A DNA stretch of 64,000 nt from contig CBDCNP010000002.1 of assembly GCA_965219415.1 (NCBI GenBank), positions 4,064,001-4,128,000 on the forward strand, read 5' to 3'. Below are positions 19,486 to 29,543 of this stretch, piece after piece; position 1 is the first letter of the stretch; every line of letters starts with the position of its first letter. The stretch comes from Candidatus Marinacidobacterales bacterium. GTDB lineage: Bacteria; Acidobacteriota; Vicinamibacteria; Marinacidobacterales; DATDRI01. Below the pieces are notes generated by a model that saw nothing but the letters and a program-made list of their open reading frames with translations, had not been told where the DNA came from and did no database searches. The translations under genes were made by a program, and so were the position numbers.

Positions 19486-21254
19486 CGGCTTTTGTGTTTG
19501 CTCTCGCCACGGAGTCTTCGGGTTTCGTCCTCGTCGATCTCGTTTGCCGCCGTGATCGCGACGCGGTACACCTCGCAGGCGCGTTCCACTCTGACCCAAC
19601 CTTCGCGGACGTCGTGCAGGACCCGCAAGGGATCCCGCTCCTCTGGCGGTCCGTAGCCACCCCCGCCACAGCATTTCGAGACGATTCTTTCGCCGGGCTC
19701 GAGAGTGACACGGAATCCCCAGCCGAGATCTTCCGAGAGTTTGCCGTCCAGGCCGCGCTTCAACTGTGCAGCCGGTGCGCCGGTGCCACCTCCACGCACG
19801 CCACGCGAGGGGAAGTGGGTTCCATCGCTGCCGCCGATCACTTCGATGGGAGTATCCAGCGGCCCGAACTCGACGTAGGCGCCCGGCGCGCCTCGGAAGC
19901 GCCCTGCTCCCTCGCTGTCCGGGATCAAGCGCTCCTCGTGAATCATGATCGGGTGCCTGAGCTCATCCACCTCGATGCTATCTCGCATCATCGTCCCCGC
20001 CGACCCGATCCCGGCCAGCGTCAGCCAGCCGTCGGCTTTGGGTGCGCCCGCGCCGTGGGTGGTTCCGAGGACGAGACCATCCGCGAACCGGCGGTTACCG
20101 TGTCGCGGATCGATCCCCGAGATTTTGGCCCAAGCTGCCGGCAGTGTCGCACCGACCTCGGCCATTCCGTAGCCGTCACCGAGCTCGGCCATCGCCATCG
20201 TCACTTGTTTGGCAACGCGTTCAGCGAGATGGGTCGTGGCCAGCGAACAGCTGGTCGGGTGCCGAGGTATCCCCACGATACAGTTCTCGCGGAGGAGGAC
20301 CTCGACACGACGGAAACTTCCGGCATTCGTGGGCACGAACTCGTCGAGACTAGCAAAGACGCCGATCAATCCGGCGGTGGCGGCGGTGGCCTCGCTCAAG
20401 TTGAGGCCATTCGGCGCACAGTCGATATTGTCGCGAAGATCCACCTCGACCCTCCGCTCCTCCGGATCGACGCTGACGCCAACATTGAGTGGGATCCCCT
20501 CGGGAAAGCCCGGTACCGGGTCATAACGTCCGGACACGGTTACCGAGCCTGCTGGCAGGCGCGAGATAGCGCCAGCCATTCGCTGCTCGCTGTAATCCAG
20601 CCACTGCCGCGCATAACTTTCGAGGACCTCCGGTCCGACCTCGCGCAAGAGCTCCAACAAGTGTCTCTCGCCAATTCGCGCCGCGCCGACCAGGGCCTGA
20701 TAGTCGCCGTACCAAAGCTCCGGTATCCGGATCCGCATGCGGCACATGTTGATGATGTCGTCGATGTCCGCGTAGTCTTCTTGCACCTTGACCGCTGGGA
20801 AGATCAACGCGCCTTCCTCGTAGACGTCCCTAGCCCGGAAGTGACGCGTCGCGGGGATGGAGTTGCCGGTGTCCGCGAGGTGTCCCTTCGACAAGAGCGT
20901 GAAGCGGTGAACCCCCTCGTTATCGATCACCGGAACTAAGATGGCCCAGTCTGCAGCGTGTGAATTTCCATGGTAGGAGGAGTTGTGGAGGAACGCGTCG
21001 CCACGCCGAAAATCCGGATGGAGCTCGATCATCGATTTCGCCATCAGGTCCGCACCGCGGAATACGTGGATGGGAATGCTTTCATCGACCGCGAGCAACT
21101 CGCTTGCAGGTGTGAGGACGGCGCACGAGCAGTCGCGTGCGCCGGCGAGGATCACCGACCGTGCGCTTCTCCGCAGCGTATTGATCATCGCACGGATGAT
21201 GCCTTCGATGCGATTGTTCAGCAGGGCGAGCTCGATGGGCCCCAGGGTCTTCAT
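19482..21254 (-). CDS. hyuB: Hydantoinase B/oxoprolinase subunit
   Basis: RSVILAGARDCSCA, HGNSHAAD, GHLADTG, DSEGAGRFRG, GGGGYGPP. Confidence 0.9.
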   Translation of the reverse strand: MKTLGPIELALLNNRIEGIIRAMINTLRRSARSVILAGARDCSCAVLTPASELLAVDESIPIHVFRGADLMAKSMIELHPDFRRGDAFLHNSSYHGNSHAADWAILVPVIDNEGVHRFTLLSKGHLADTGNSIPATRHFRARDVYEEGALIFPAVKVQEDYADIDDIINMCRMRIRIPELWYGDYQALVGAARIGERHLLELLREVGPEVLESYARQWLDYSEQRMAGAISRLPAGSVTVSGRYDPVPGFPEGIPLNVGVSVDPEERRVEVDLRDNIDCAPNGLNLSEATAATAGLIGVFASLDEFVPTNAGSFRRVEVLLRENCIVGIPRHPTSCSLATTHLAERVAKQVTMAMAELGDGYGMAEVGATLPAAWAKISGIDPRHGNRRFADGLVLGTTHGAGAPKADGWLTLAGIGSAGTMMRDSIEVDELRHPIMIHEERLIPDSEGAGRFRGAPGAYVEFGPLDTPIEVIGGSDGTHFPSRGVRGGGTGAPAAQLKRGLDGKLSEDLGWGFRVTLEPGERIVSKCCGGGGYGPPEERDPLRVLHDVREGWVRVERACEVYRVAITAANEIDEDETRRLRGESKHKSR

Positions 21255-22870
21255 AAGAAGCCCGCCGGCGCGTCCGGAGCCGACCAAACGGTCTGCCCAT
21301 CGATGGCGACGAGAGTGGGCGTCATCGACGGCCAGTCGTCCGGATCCTTGGTCAGCGGATTTTCACTCCACACGACGAAATCGGCAGCGGCGGCAGGCGC
21401 GATCGTGCCAACGTCGGCCCCGATGTAGACGCCCCCGGCGCGTGTTAACAATCCGATTGCCCGAGTCGGGTCGAGCGCCTCCTTGTCCCCCAAACTCGAG
21501 CCGTCCCAGGCCCGGCGCGTTACTGCGATCTTGGCGCCGAGAAGCGGCGGGCACGGAAGCGTGTCCGAGCCGGCGGCCACGTCGACGCCGAGCGACAGCA
21601 TACTGGCCAGCGGGTTCGAGCGACCGGCGAGCGGTCCCCATGCCTCGCGCATCTCCTCGACGAAGACGTATGCCAAGAGTGGCTGCACCGACACTCCGAT
21701 ACCCAGCTCCCGGCAAGCGAGCATGTCGCCGGTATCCATGAGGAAAGCGTGTGCGAGCGTCACCTGTCCGGGGGCCAGGGTCGCCCCTTCTCGACGAACA
21801 CTTCGAACCACGTCGATAACCGCTTCGATCGCCGCACCTCCCATCACATGAATGCAGAGGGGCCATCCTCGCTCCGCACAGAGCGAGGCGATGGTGCGGA
21901 GCTCCTCGTCGCTGTAGCGCGGCGTCCCTGGCTCGGCGAGCTCCTCGCCGGCCCTCATCCAGGAGCCCGAGAATTCGCCGTCAAGAAGCAGCTTGACCGC
22001 CCACGCCTGGAGGCGGTCGTCACCATCGAGCGGAAACGCCGCGCTGGCCAGAAGGCGAGCGAGTTCCTCCGCGAAAGAGCGTCGGTAGTCGAATCGGTTC
22101 ATCAGTCGAACGCGTTGCGGCAACGTGTCACGAGAGCGAGCTGTCTTATAAAGTTCCCACCCCTCGTCGAACCCAGCGGCCAGTCCGGGATCGACGATGG
22201 TCGTGATGCCCATCGCGAGCAGTTGAACGCAGGCGTCCTTGAGCAAAGCCAGCTCGTGCTCACGGTCTTCAGAGCCGAGACGGTAGAGATTGTCGTTGAC
22301 CGTTCGCACCGCCGGTCCGCTTAGGATTCTGGTCGTGCTGTCCCATTGACCGGATTGACCGGCCGGAAGCTCCTGAAGCTTGGCGGCAAGGGTCGAGGCC
22401 GCCAGGCGGTTCAGAACCGCGCGCTGCGGACGGCGGTAAAGGAAAACCGGATGAGCGGGTGCCGCCCGATCCAGTTCCTCGCTAGTGGGTAGCCGCTGCT
22501 CGGACAGATTCCGTTCGTGCCAGAGAGCGGTATCGCCGAAGGAACGGATCCACGTGCCCTCGGGGAGACGGCGAGCGTGGTCATTCACTGCTCCGAGCAC
22601 GTCAGCTAGGCTCCGAGCATCGCCTAGGTGCACCATAGCCAGGTCGTGGGCTACCTTCTGCAGGTGCATGTGCGTGTCGCAAAAACCCGGAAAAACGGTC
22701 GCCCCGCCCAGATCGGTGCGGCGCGTCTCCACGCTCGCCATTCTTTCGAGCTCCTCCCGTTCACCGACCGCCGCGAAGCGACCGTCGGCGATGGCGAGGG
22801 CGTCCGCGCTGGGTCGACTCGGATCGAACGTTTCGACGTGCGCGTTGAACAATAGCCAATCAACGTCCAT
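21251..22870 (-). CDS. Amidohydrolase family 3 (YtcJ-like)
   Basis: PGFCDTHMH, KLLLDG, IHVMG, AAGSD, GTIAPAAAADFVV. Confidence 0.85.
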   Translation of the reverse strand: MDVDWLLFNAHVETFDPSRPSADALAIADGRFAAVGEREELERMASVETRRTDLGGATVFPGFCDTHMHLQKVAHDLAMVHLGDARSLADVLGAVNDHARRLPEGTWIRSFGDTALWHERNLSEQRLPTSEELDRAAPAHPVFLYRRPQRAVLNRLAASTLAAKLQELPAGQSGQWDSTTRILSGPAVRTVNDNLYRLGSEDREHELALLKDACVQLLAMGITTIVDPGLAAGFDEGWELYKTARSRDTLPQRVRLMNRFDYRRSFAEELARLLASAAFPLDGDDRLQAWAVKLLLDGEFSGSWMRAGEELAEPGTPRYSDEELRTIASLCAERGWPLCIHVMGGAAIEAVIDVVRSVRREGATLAPGQVTLAHAFLMDTGDMLACRELGIGVSVQPLLAYVFVEEMREAWGPLAGRSNPLASMLSLGVDVAAGSDTLPCPPLLGAKIAVTRRAWDGSSLGDKEALDPTRAIGLLTRAGGVYIGADVGTIAPAAAADFVVWSENPLTKDPDDWPSMTPTLVAIDGQTVWSAPDAPAGFL

Positions 22871-22883
22871 TGGCGTTTCTCTA

Positions 22884-24209
22884 TCAGGCTACCGAGCGCG
22901 AGCGGTCGGTCGAAAGATCGGCGGAGGTGGGTGTCGAGTGCGGAGAATAGGGCATCACCAGCGCCACCGCGGCGGTGACTGCTTGGGCGGCCATCACGTA
23001 GAACGGAATCCATCCGCCGAGTTCCTTCGAGATGAGCGCCGTGGCGACGAGGGGCGCGGTGCCTCCGAAAACCGCGACCGTCACCGCGTAGGGGAAGCCG
23101 ATGCCGGTGGAACGAACCTCGGCGGGGAACTGCTCGGCCTGCACCGCGGCGAGCACCGCCCCAACGCTCGCGAGAAGCAACGAGCCGGTTACTGCCGCGA
23201 CGAGATACCAGCCGAAGGAGCCAGTTTGGGCCACTCGCAGCAGCGGCCATGCCAGAAGCACGAACCCCAAGGCGTGTCCTACCAACAACGGCTTCGGCCC
23301 GATGACGCGATCGGAAAGCTGCGCCATCAGTGGGACGACGAGGATAAACAAGATCAGCGCGATGAGGTTACCAGTGAGACCCCGATGTAGCGGCAGACCG
23401 CCGACGAGGAAGGCATAGGTAGGCAGGAACGACATCCAGATGTAGTAAGTGACGGTGACGCCAACGCTCAGCCCCGCCACGCGTAACGATTCCTTCGGGT
23501 ACCGGCGTACGACTTGCACCAGCGGGTGGCGCGCCACGCGGCCGGCCCGCTCTACTTGCCTGAACTCAGCGGTCTCTCGCATCGAGACGCGAAGGTAAAG
23601 GACAAAGCCGGCCATCACTCCCCCGAGCAAGAAGGGCAACCTCCAACCCCACTCCCCCAGCGCGGGTTGTGGAATCCACGAGGCCGTTGCCGCCGCCGCG
23701 CCCGTTGCGAAAAGAGTGCCCAACCCGGCACCGACGTGCTGAAGAGAGCCGGCCGACGCCCGTCGGCCCGGACCGCCGTGCTCGACCAACAAAGCGCTCG
23801 CTCCACCCCACTCCGCCCCGGCCGAGACGCCTTGGACCAGACGGAATACCACAAGGATCAACGGGGCTGCGATCCCGATCGTTCTGTAGTTCGGCGTCAG
23901 CCCGATCCCCAGGCTCGCCAGGCACATCGTTCCTACCGTCAGAGCGAGCAGTTTCTTTCGGCCGAAACGGTCCCCGTAGGGTGATAGGAATACGCCGCCG
24001 AGAGGGCGAGCGACAAACCCGAGTGCGAACGTGAGAAAGGTAAGAAGGAGCGCGGTTCGCGCGTCCTGCTCGGGGAAAAACTGGGACGCGAACACCGGCG
24101 CCAGGAGCCCGTAGATGGCCCAGTCGTACCATTCGATAAGATTGCCCATCGCTCCGGCGGCGACATCACGCCAGCGTCTGGTCTGAGCGACGCTCGATGG
24201 TTCGGACAT
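22884..24209 (-). CDS. MFS transporter, metabolite:H+ symporter family (KgtP/ProP-like)
   Basis: GNLIEWYDWAIY, RPLGG..GDRFGRK, RLVQGVSAGAEWGG, FGGTAPL. Confidence 0.92.
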   Translation of the reverse strand: MSEPSSVAQTRRWRDVAAGAMGNLIEWYDWAIYGLLAPVFASQFFPEQDARTALLLTFLTFALGFVARPLGGVFLSPYGDRFGRKKLLALTVGTMCLASLGIGLTPNYRTIGIAAPLILVVFRLVQGVSAGAEWGGASALLVEHGGPGRRASAGSLQHVGAGLGTLFATGAAAATASWIPQPALGEWGWRLPFLLGGVMAGFVLYLRVSMRETAEFRQVERAGRVARHPLVQVVRRYPKESLRVAGLSVGVTVTYYIWMSFLPTYAFLVGGLPLHRGLTGNLIALILFILVVPLMAQLSDRVIGPKPLLVGHALGFVLLAWPLLRVAQTGSFGWYLVAAVTGSLLLASVGAVLAAVQAEQFPAEVRSTGIGFPYAVTVAVFGGTAPLVATALISKELGGWIPFYVMAAQAVTAAVALVMPYSPHSTPTSADLSTDRSRSVA

Positions 24210-24222
24210 GGCGGCCGGTTCT

Positions 24223-25395
24223 CTAGCCGGATTGTTTCACCGCTGCGACGAGGTCGTACAGTATCTCGTCGCCTTTGCTCCAATCGAACCAGCGCAGAAC
24301 GAAAACGAGGCCATTCTCCGGATCCACCCAAACGATCCCCGACCCGGCGCCACGCGCCGCGAAGCTCGTTCGCGGAGCCCGAGGCCAATTCTTGCCCTCG
24401 GTGTTGACCCACCACATATAGCCGTACTCGTAGTCAGGATAGACATCGCAAGGGACCAAAGCCGCATCGATCCACTGCTCGGACAAGAGTTGCTGGTCCT
24501 TCCACTTGCCCCGTCGGAGATGTAGATAGCCGAAACGTGCCAGGTCGCGCGTACTCATCCACACGCCACCGCCCCAGTGACCTCCCCCGCTGACGGACAG
24601 CATCTTCTCTCCATCCACATCCACCTGGGAGTTCCGGTAACCGTGCCACTGCCAAGTATCGGACGCGTCGATGGGATCCATGACGTATTCCTTCAGGACA
24701 TCGGGTAACGGCTGCTGCCACAATCGGAGCAGCGCCAAGGAGAGACGGTTGACGCGCACGTCGTTATGTCCGAGAACGGCACCGGGCTCTCGACGTACGT
24801 GCCCCGGCTTCTCCTCGGCCCAGTGCGGCTTGTCGAAGAGTGTCCCCTCCCACTCGCTCGTCTGCTGCAGGAAGTGGTGCCAGGTGATCTTGGCGTTGTG
24901 CGGAGAATCGAAACCGCCGTCATCGACGGTCTTCTTCACCGGATCATGGAAGTTCTCGATGAGCCCCTGGTCGAAAGCCAGGCCCGCGGTGGTGGCAAGA
25001 AAGCTTTTCGTGATGCTGAAGCCCATGTCGACACGCCTCGTGTCGCCGAACTCGGCCACGATGTAGCCATCCCGGAGAACGATGCCGTTGACTTCGGCTC
25101 GTTCCTTAGTGGGGCCGATGAGCTCGTTATGAGGCTCCTCGGCGATGCGGATGCGCATCATCTCCGCGGGATCCATCGGAATGTCGGCTGCGTACTTTTT
25201 CGTGGTCGCCATCGCCTTGGCGATTCCTTCGCTGGTCATCCCAACCTCTTCGGGCGCCTTTTGGATCCAGGCATCGCCGGGGCCTGGAAAATAGACCTCT
25301 GGCGTGGGATCGGGTTGGGGTTGGGGTTGGGGTTGGGATGCGCAAGCGATCGCGATCGTCAGGATCGACGTCGGCAAGAGGAACTTCCGAGCCAT
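24223..25395 (-). CDS. Lipoprotein serine hydrolase, beta-lactamase class C-like family
   Basis: Lipobox AIAC, QP linker, SxxK (FSITKS), GGGHWGGG..RDLARFG, YGYMWW. Confidence 0.85.
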   Translation of the reverse strand: MARKFLLPTSILTIAIACASQPQPQPQPDPTPEVYFPGPGDAWIQKAPEEVGMTSEGIAKAMATTKKYAADIPMDPAEMMRIRIAEEPHNELIGPTKERAEVNGIVLRDGYIVAEFGDTRRVDMGFSITKSFLATTAGLAFDQGLIENFHDPVKKTVDDGGFDSPHNAKITWHHFLQQTSEWEGTLFDKPHWAEEKPGHVRREPGAVLGHNDVRVNRLSLALLRLWQQPLPDVLKEYVMDPIDASDTWQWHGYRNSQVDVDGEKMLSVSGGGHWGGGVWMSTRDLARFGYLHLRRGKWKDQQLLSEQWIDAALVPCDVYPDYEYGYMWWVNTEGKNWPRAPRTSFAARGAGSGIVWVDPENGLVFVLRWFDWSKGDEILYDLVAAVKQSG

Positions 25396-25531
25396 GGCCC
25401 GGCAAGTCTGCCACCGAGGCTCGAGGAAAACAAGGTCTTCTTCTTGGGAAAAAGTTCCGTTTTCTGATATCTAGCGGAGCAGGAGGTATACGACGTCCCG
25501 TCCCGCGAGCCTCATAGTCGCTGGTCTCATC

Positions 25532-26962
25532 ATGCTTTGGGCAACGTCTCTCAGAGGCCAGACGCCAGGCCCCTCTCAAGAGATCGCCACCCGCATCATC
25601 GACGCGGCGCGAGCGAACACGAGCGTCATCGAGATCACGCAACACCTCACCGATTGGATCGGTCCCCGTCTGGCGGGATCCGAGCAAGAGCAGAAGGCGA
25701 TTCGATGGACCGCGGAGAGGATGCGTGCGGACGGACTATCCAACGTCCGTTTGCAGCCGGTCATGGTCCCGCGCTGGGTCCGAGGTGTCGAGACGGGTGA
25801 GCTCTTGAGCCCTTCGAATCAACGACTCCCTTTTACCGCACTTGGGGGAAGCGTCGCAACGCCGCCCGAGGGGATCACCGCCGAAGTGGTCGAAATCACA
25901 CGTTTCGATCAGCTCAACGATATCGTCAGAGGCAAGATCGTCTATTACCACACGCCCTTGGATCCTTCTCTCGAGCCCATGAACGCGTACGGCAGGGTGA
26001 TTCGTTTTCGCGCAGTCACGGTGCCGTCGAAGCGGCGCGTTTCGGTGCCGTGGCGGCTCTGATCCGATCGACCGGCACCCGCAGCGTGGGCGCGCCGCAT
26101 ACCGGCTCGATGTATTACGCCGACGACGCACCGCGCATCCCGAATGCCGCGGTCAACGTGGAGTCGGGTGATCTATTGCATAGGCTGTTGCAGCGGGCGA
26201 GAGACCTCGGGTGCGAATCGTCCTCACTCCCCGCTCGGAAGGCGAGGTCGAGTCGGCCAACGTGATCGGCGAGCTCTCAGGGACAGATCGTCCGGACGAG
26301 ATCGTCGTCATCGGGACGCACCTCGATTCGTGGGATCTAGGAAGCGCCGCCGTCGACAACGCCGCCGGGTGTGCGATTTCGATGGAGGTGCCGAGGCTCC
26401 TCAAAGAGCTCGGCCTCGTTCCACGGCGCACCATCCGCGTTGTTCTCTACACGGGTGAGGAGATCGGTAATCTCGGCGGTGAGCGCTACGCGACACTCAC
26501 GGACGATGAGCTCCGCGCGCACGTCGCAGCCCTCGAGGGCGATCAGGGACCCGACGATCCCTTCGGTTTCCGCGTCAGTCGAGGCGAACTCATTTTGGGA
26601 ACGGGCCCGGTCCCCGATTCGGGAGACCCTGGTCTCGAAACGGCACGAGCCACTTTGGAGCAATGGGCGCGCGTCCTCGAGCCGGTGGGGGCGTCGCGGG
26701 TGGATGTCGGCGGTATTCAGGGAATGGGTGCGGACATCTCACCGCTGGCAAGAAAGGGTGTCCTCGGAGTGGCGCTACGTACCGACCAGTCCCGCTATAT
26801 AATGCTCCACCACACCGACGCGGACACGTGTTCGACAAGATCAAGCCCGACGCGGTGAGGAGGAATCTGGCGGCGCTGGCCTTCATGACGTATGCGCTGG
26901 CGAATGCGCCGGAGAGTTTCCACGAGGCCTTGCGGTCAGACCATGCCAGATCCGAAAGATGA
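25532..26962 (+). pseudogene. M28 carboxypeptidase Q-like peptidase with three frameshifts (possibly sequencing errors)
   Basis: IGPRLAGS, PHTGSM, NVIGEL, HLDSWDLG..DNAAG, EEIG and HHTDADT fall in successive frames. Confidence 0.8.
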
Positions 26963-26977
26963 CAAGGGGACAACTTT

Positions 26978-28396
26978 TTGATCCTGACAGTTCTTATTCT
27001 GGGTAGCCTTGCCCAAGTTGAATCGGCGCTGGTTGCCGACGCCAAAGCCACCGCGCGAGCGGACGACGGCAGATTCATTTCCTGGCGCGAGCACATCATC
27101 GATGACCCGCGAATCGGTGCGTTGCCGGATCTTGCCGGAAGCGACGGTCTGGCGATGGGTGATTTGAATGCGGACGGCTTTGAGGACGTCGTGTCCGTGC
27201 ACGAATCCGACATCGTCTACGACGGCAGTCCGGTTGGCTATGTTCGAATCGCCTGGGGCACAGGCGATCCCACACGCTGGCATCTGTCTACTTTGGCATC
27301 GGGTCCCGAGGCGGCCGCGGCCGAGGATGTTTCTATCGCAGATGCTAACGGTGATGGTCACCTAGACGTCCTGGTAGCTTACGAGCTCGCCCATCTAATC
27401 TACTTCGAAAACCCCGGGACCAATGCCCAGAATTCTCGATGGGAGCGAGTGATCCCGCCGATAACGTCCGATCGTGGTTCTTACATTCGGGCTTTCTTTG
27501 CCGACTTTGATAACGACGGACGTCCGGAAGTGGTGGCTGCCAACAAAGGCGATCAAAGCGCCGGAGAGGATGTTACCGAGCGAAGAAATATTTCCGTTTT
27601 CATCTTGCCCGAAAAACCACTGAAGGGAACTTTGTGGCGCGAGCAGGTGCTCGGCAAGGTTCGCGTACCCATCAATTCAGAGCCGGTCGACCTGGACGGC
27701 GACGGGGATCTCGATGTCGTCGCCGGTTCCCGCGGGGAACGGCGGATACTCTGGTTCGAGAACCTCGGTGAGATGCAATTCGCCGAACATGCTATTGAAG
27801 TCTCCGGTACTCCGGAAGACCTCAGGATCACAGGCTTCAACATGGATTACGCAGACATAGATGGCGATGGTCGCCTTGATATCGTCGTCAATGCTTGGCT
27901 GGACTCGCTGGTCTGGTTAAAGCACCCGACTGGATTCGATGGACCGTGGGAACTGTATCTGATAGGTACTTTCACGCCGGACCAACTGGTGAGCGTCCGC
28001 CTTGTAGACGTCGATGGAGACGGTGATCTCGATGCTTTTGCCGGCGCATACAGTAGGGGCCCTAGAGATGCAGATGGTGCGCACATCGGTCGTGACGATC
28101 CTATTGGACGCATCGGATGGTTTGAGAATCTGGGTGCTGAACCAGATAAACGGTGGCAACGTCACGACGTGTCACGCCGAAAGCGTGGCATGTACGACAA
28201 ATGGCTGGCCCGTGATTTGGACGGGGACGGCGATCTGGACATGATCGGCACCCGAGGAAACAGTTATCCATACGATGGGGTTATTTGGTTGGAGCAGGTT
28301 CGCACCGACGAGGCACAGCTTGTTTTTCAGCAAGGCCGTGATGAGGATAGTCAGCAGATGCCGCTACCCTCGGGCGAGTCAGGTGTGAAGAATTGA
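26978..28396 (+). CDS. FG-GAP/VCBS repeat protein
   Basis: Multiple DxDGDGDLD motifs followed by WFEN. Confidence 0.85.
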   Translation: MILTVLILGSLAQVESALVADAKATARADDGRFISWREHIIDDPRIGALPDLAGSDGLAMGDLNADGFEDVVSVHESDIVYDGSPVGYVRIAWGTGDPTRWHLSTLASGPEAAAAEDVSIADANGDGHLDVLVAYELAHLIYFENPGTNAQNSRWERVIPPITSDRGSYIRAFFADFDNDGRPEVVAANKGDQSAGEDVTERRNISVFILPEKPLKGTLWREQVLGKVRVPINSEPVDLDGDGDLDVVAGSRGERRILWFENLGEMQFAEHAIEVSGTPEDLRITGFNMDYADIDGDGRLDIVVNAWLDSLVWLKHPTGFDGPWELYLIGTFTPDQLVSVRLVDVDGDGDLDAFAGAYSRGPRDADGAHIGRDDPIGRIGWFENLGAEPDKRWQRHDVSRRKRGMYDKWLARDLDGDGDLDMIGTRGNSYPYDGVIWLEQVRTDEAQLVFQQGRDEDSQQMPLPSGESGVKN

Positions 28397-28411
28397 CGAG
28401 CGTAGACCCAG

Positions 28412-28675
28412 TTAGGATTTGCGGATAGACCGCTCGATCACGGAACGATGCTCCTGCCAGTCTGGCTCCACGCCCTTTTCGCGTTTGTCGCACGCAGCGA
28501 AGAACGCTCGCAAGCCCTTGACGGTGGTCAATTGCAGGCGACGCTCCTGAACCGCGAGTCTCTCCCGGCCCGCTTCTCGCAACCACGCACTCAATGGGAT
28601 CCCCTCCAGAGCGGCCGCCTCCCGAAAAAGCTCTCTCTCCTCATCGTCCAGGATCAGTTGAACCCTGCTAGCCAT
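28412..28675 (-). CDS. Ribbon-helix-helix antitoxin-like protein with no adjacent toxin
   Basis: RVQLILDDEERELFREAAALEGIPLSAWLREA matches the RHH pattern. Confidence 0.6.
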   Translation of the reverse strand: MASRVQLILDDEERELFREAAALEGIPLSAWLREAGRERLAVQERRLQLTTVKGLRAFFAACDKREKGVEPDWQEHRSVIERSIRKS

Positions 28676-28779
28676 CAGTGTCGACTCCTCTTATCTAGCT
28701 GGAACCATATTACACCCACTCACCGAACGATTAGCTGACGAGCCTCGGAGAGTTTCTTACAATGTCGCGCTCTGATACA

Positions 28780-29505
28780 CTAGAGGGGCTGAAAGGTGGC
28801 TCTTACCCAGGCGTAGTAAACGCTGGTGATCGACTCGAAACCAGAATCGGTGCCGACGAAGAGCCATACGGCTCCCGAGCCGTCCGCGGTCACCTCGATC
28901 TCCTCCGAGTCGCTCGCGAGTTGCTTGAGCTCCCATTGTGGCGGTTCGCCGCAAGGGATCGAGTTCGCCACGTCGCCAATCGCAAGGGCGTCCTCACCAC
29001 CGTTCGTCTGCAGCCCTTTGTTCACATTCGTGAGCCAGAACCCGCCTTCGTCCATCCGGGTGGGTTCGACTTCGGAGGCCCCCGCCTTCACGGTCACGCC
29101 CTCGCCGGTAGCTCCACCCACACCGATGCATCCGTTCGGAACCGACGTGGCGAACTCCACACCAAAACTGAACCCGATAGCGCGTGTCGGGGGCGAGAGT
29201 CCGGCGATCTGCCCTTTGTAGTACATCCACAGGTCGTCGCTCCGGTTTACCCCGGAAATAAATAGGCCGTTACCGGACCCGCTCAAAGGCTCGGGAAGAG
29301 CGCGGTAGTCGGTAACGAGCTGGTAGAACTCGTCCTCCCCAACCGGATAGTCGGCGAAATCGCCTACCCATCCTCGGTCGGTCTGGCGAAAGTCGAGCGC
29401 GACGGTGATCGCCTCTTCCTCGGAGCAGGCGGTGCTCGCGGCGGCGAGAAAAAGCATGACGCCTAGGAGGCGGCGAGAGCGAAACTTCGCTGCTTGTTTT
29501 GTCAT
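28780..29505 (-). CDS. Hypothetical lipoprotein
   Basis: Hydrophobic signal ending STAC; soluble beta-rich body (DFADYP, SGVNRSDDLWMY). The start position is uncertain. Confidence 0.6.
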   Translation of the reverse strand: MTKQAAKFRSRRLLGVMLFLAAASTACSEEEAITVALDFRQTDRGWVGDFADYPVGEDEFYQLVTDYRALPEPLSGSGNGLFISGVNRSDDLWMYYKGQIAGLSPPTRAIGFSFGVEFATSVPNGCIGVGGATGEGVTVKAGASEVEPTRMDEGGFWLTNVNKGLQTNGGEDALAIGDVANSIPCGEPPQWELKQLASDSEEIEVTADGSGAVWLFVGTDSGFESITSVYYAWVRATFQPL

Positions 29506-29543
29506 GAGGGCGGTTGGCTGGGTGGGTCCGTCCCTGAGACTCT

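Noticed and set aside
25312-25337. (TTGGGG)n run resembling a ciliate telomere repeat or G-quadruplex
   Set aside because: It encodes the QPQPQPQP linker after the lipobox on the minus strand; coding explains it.
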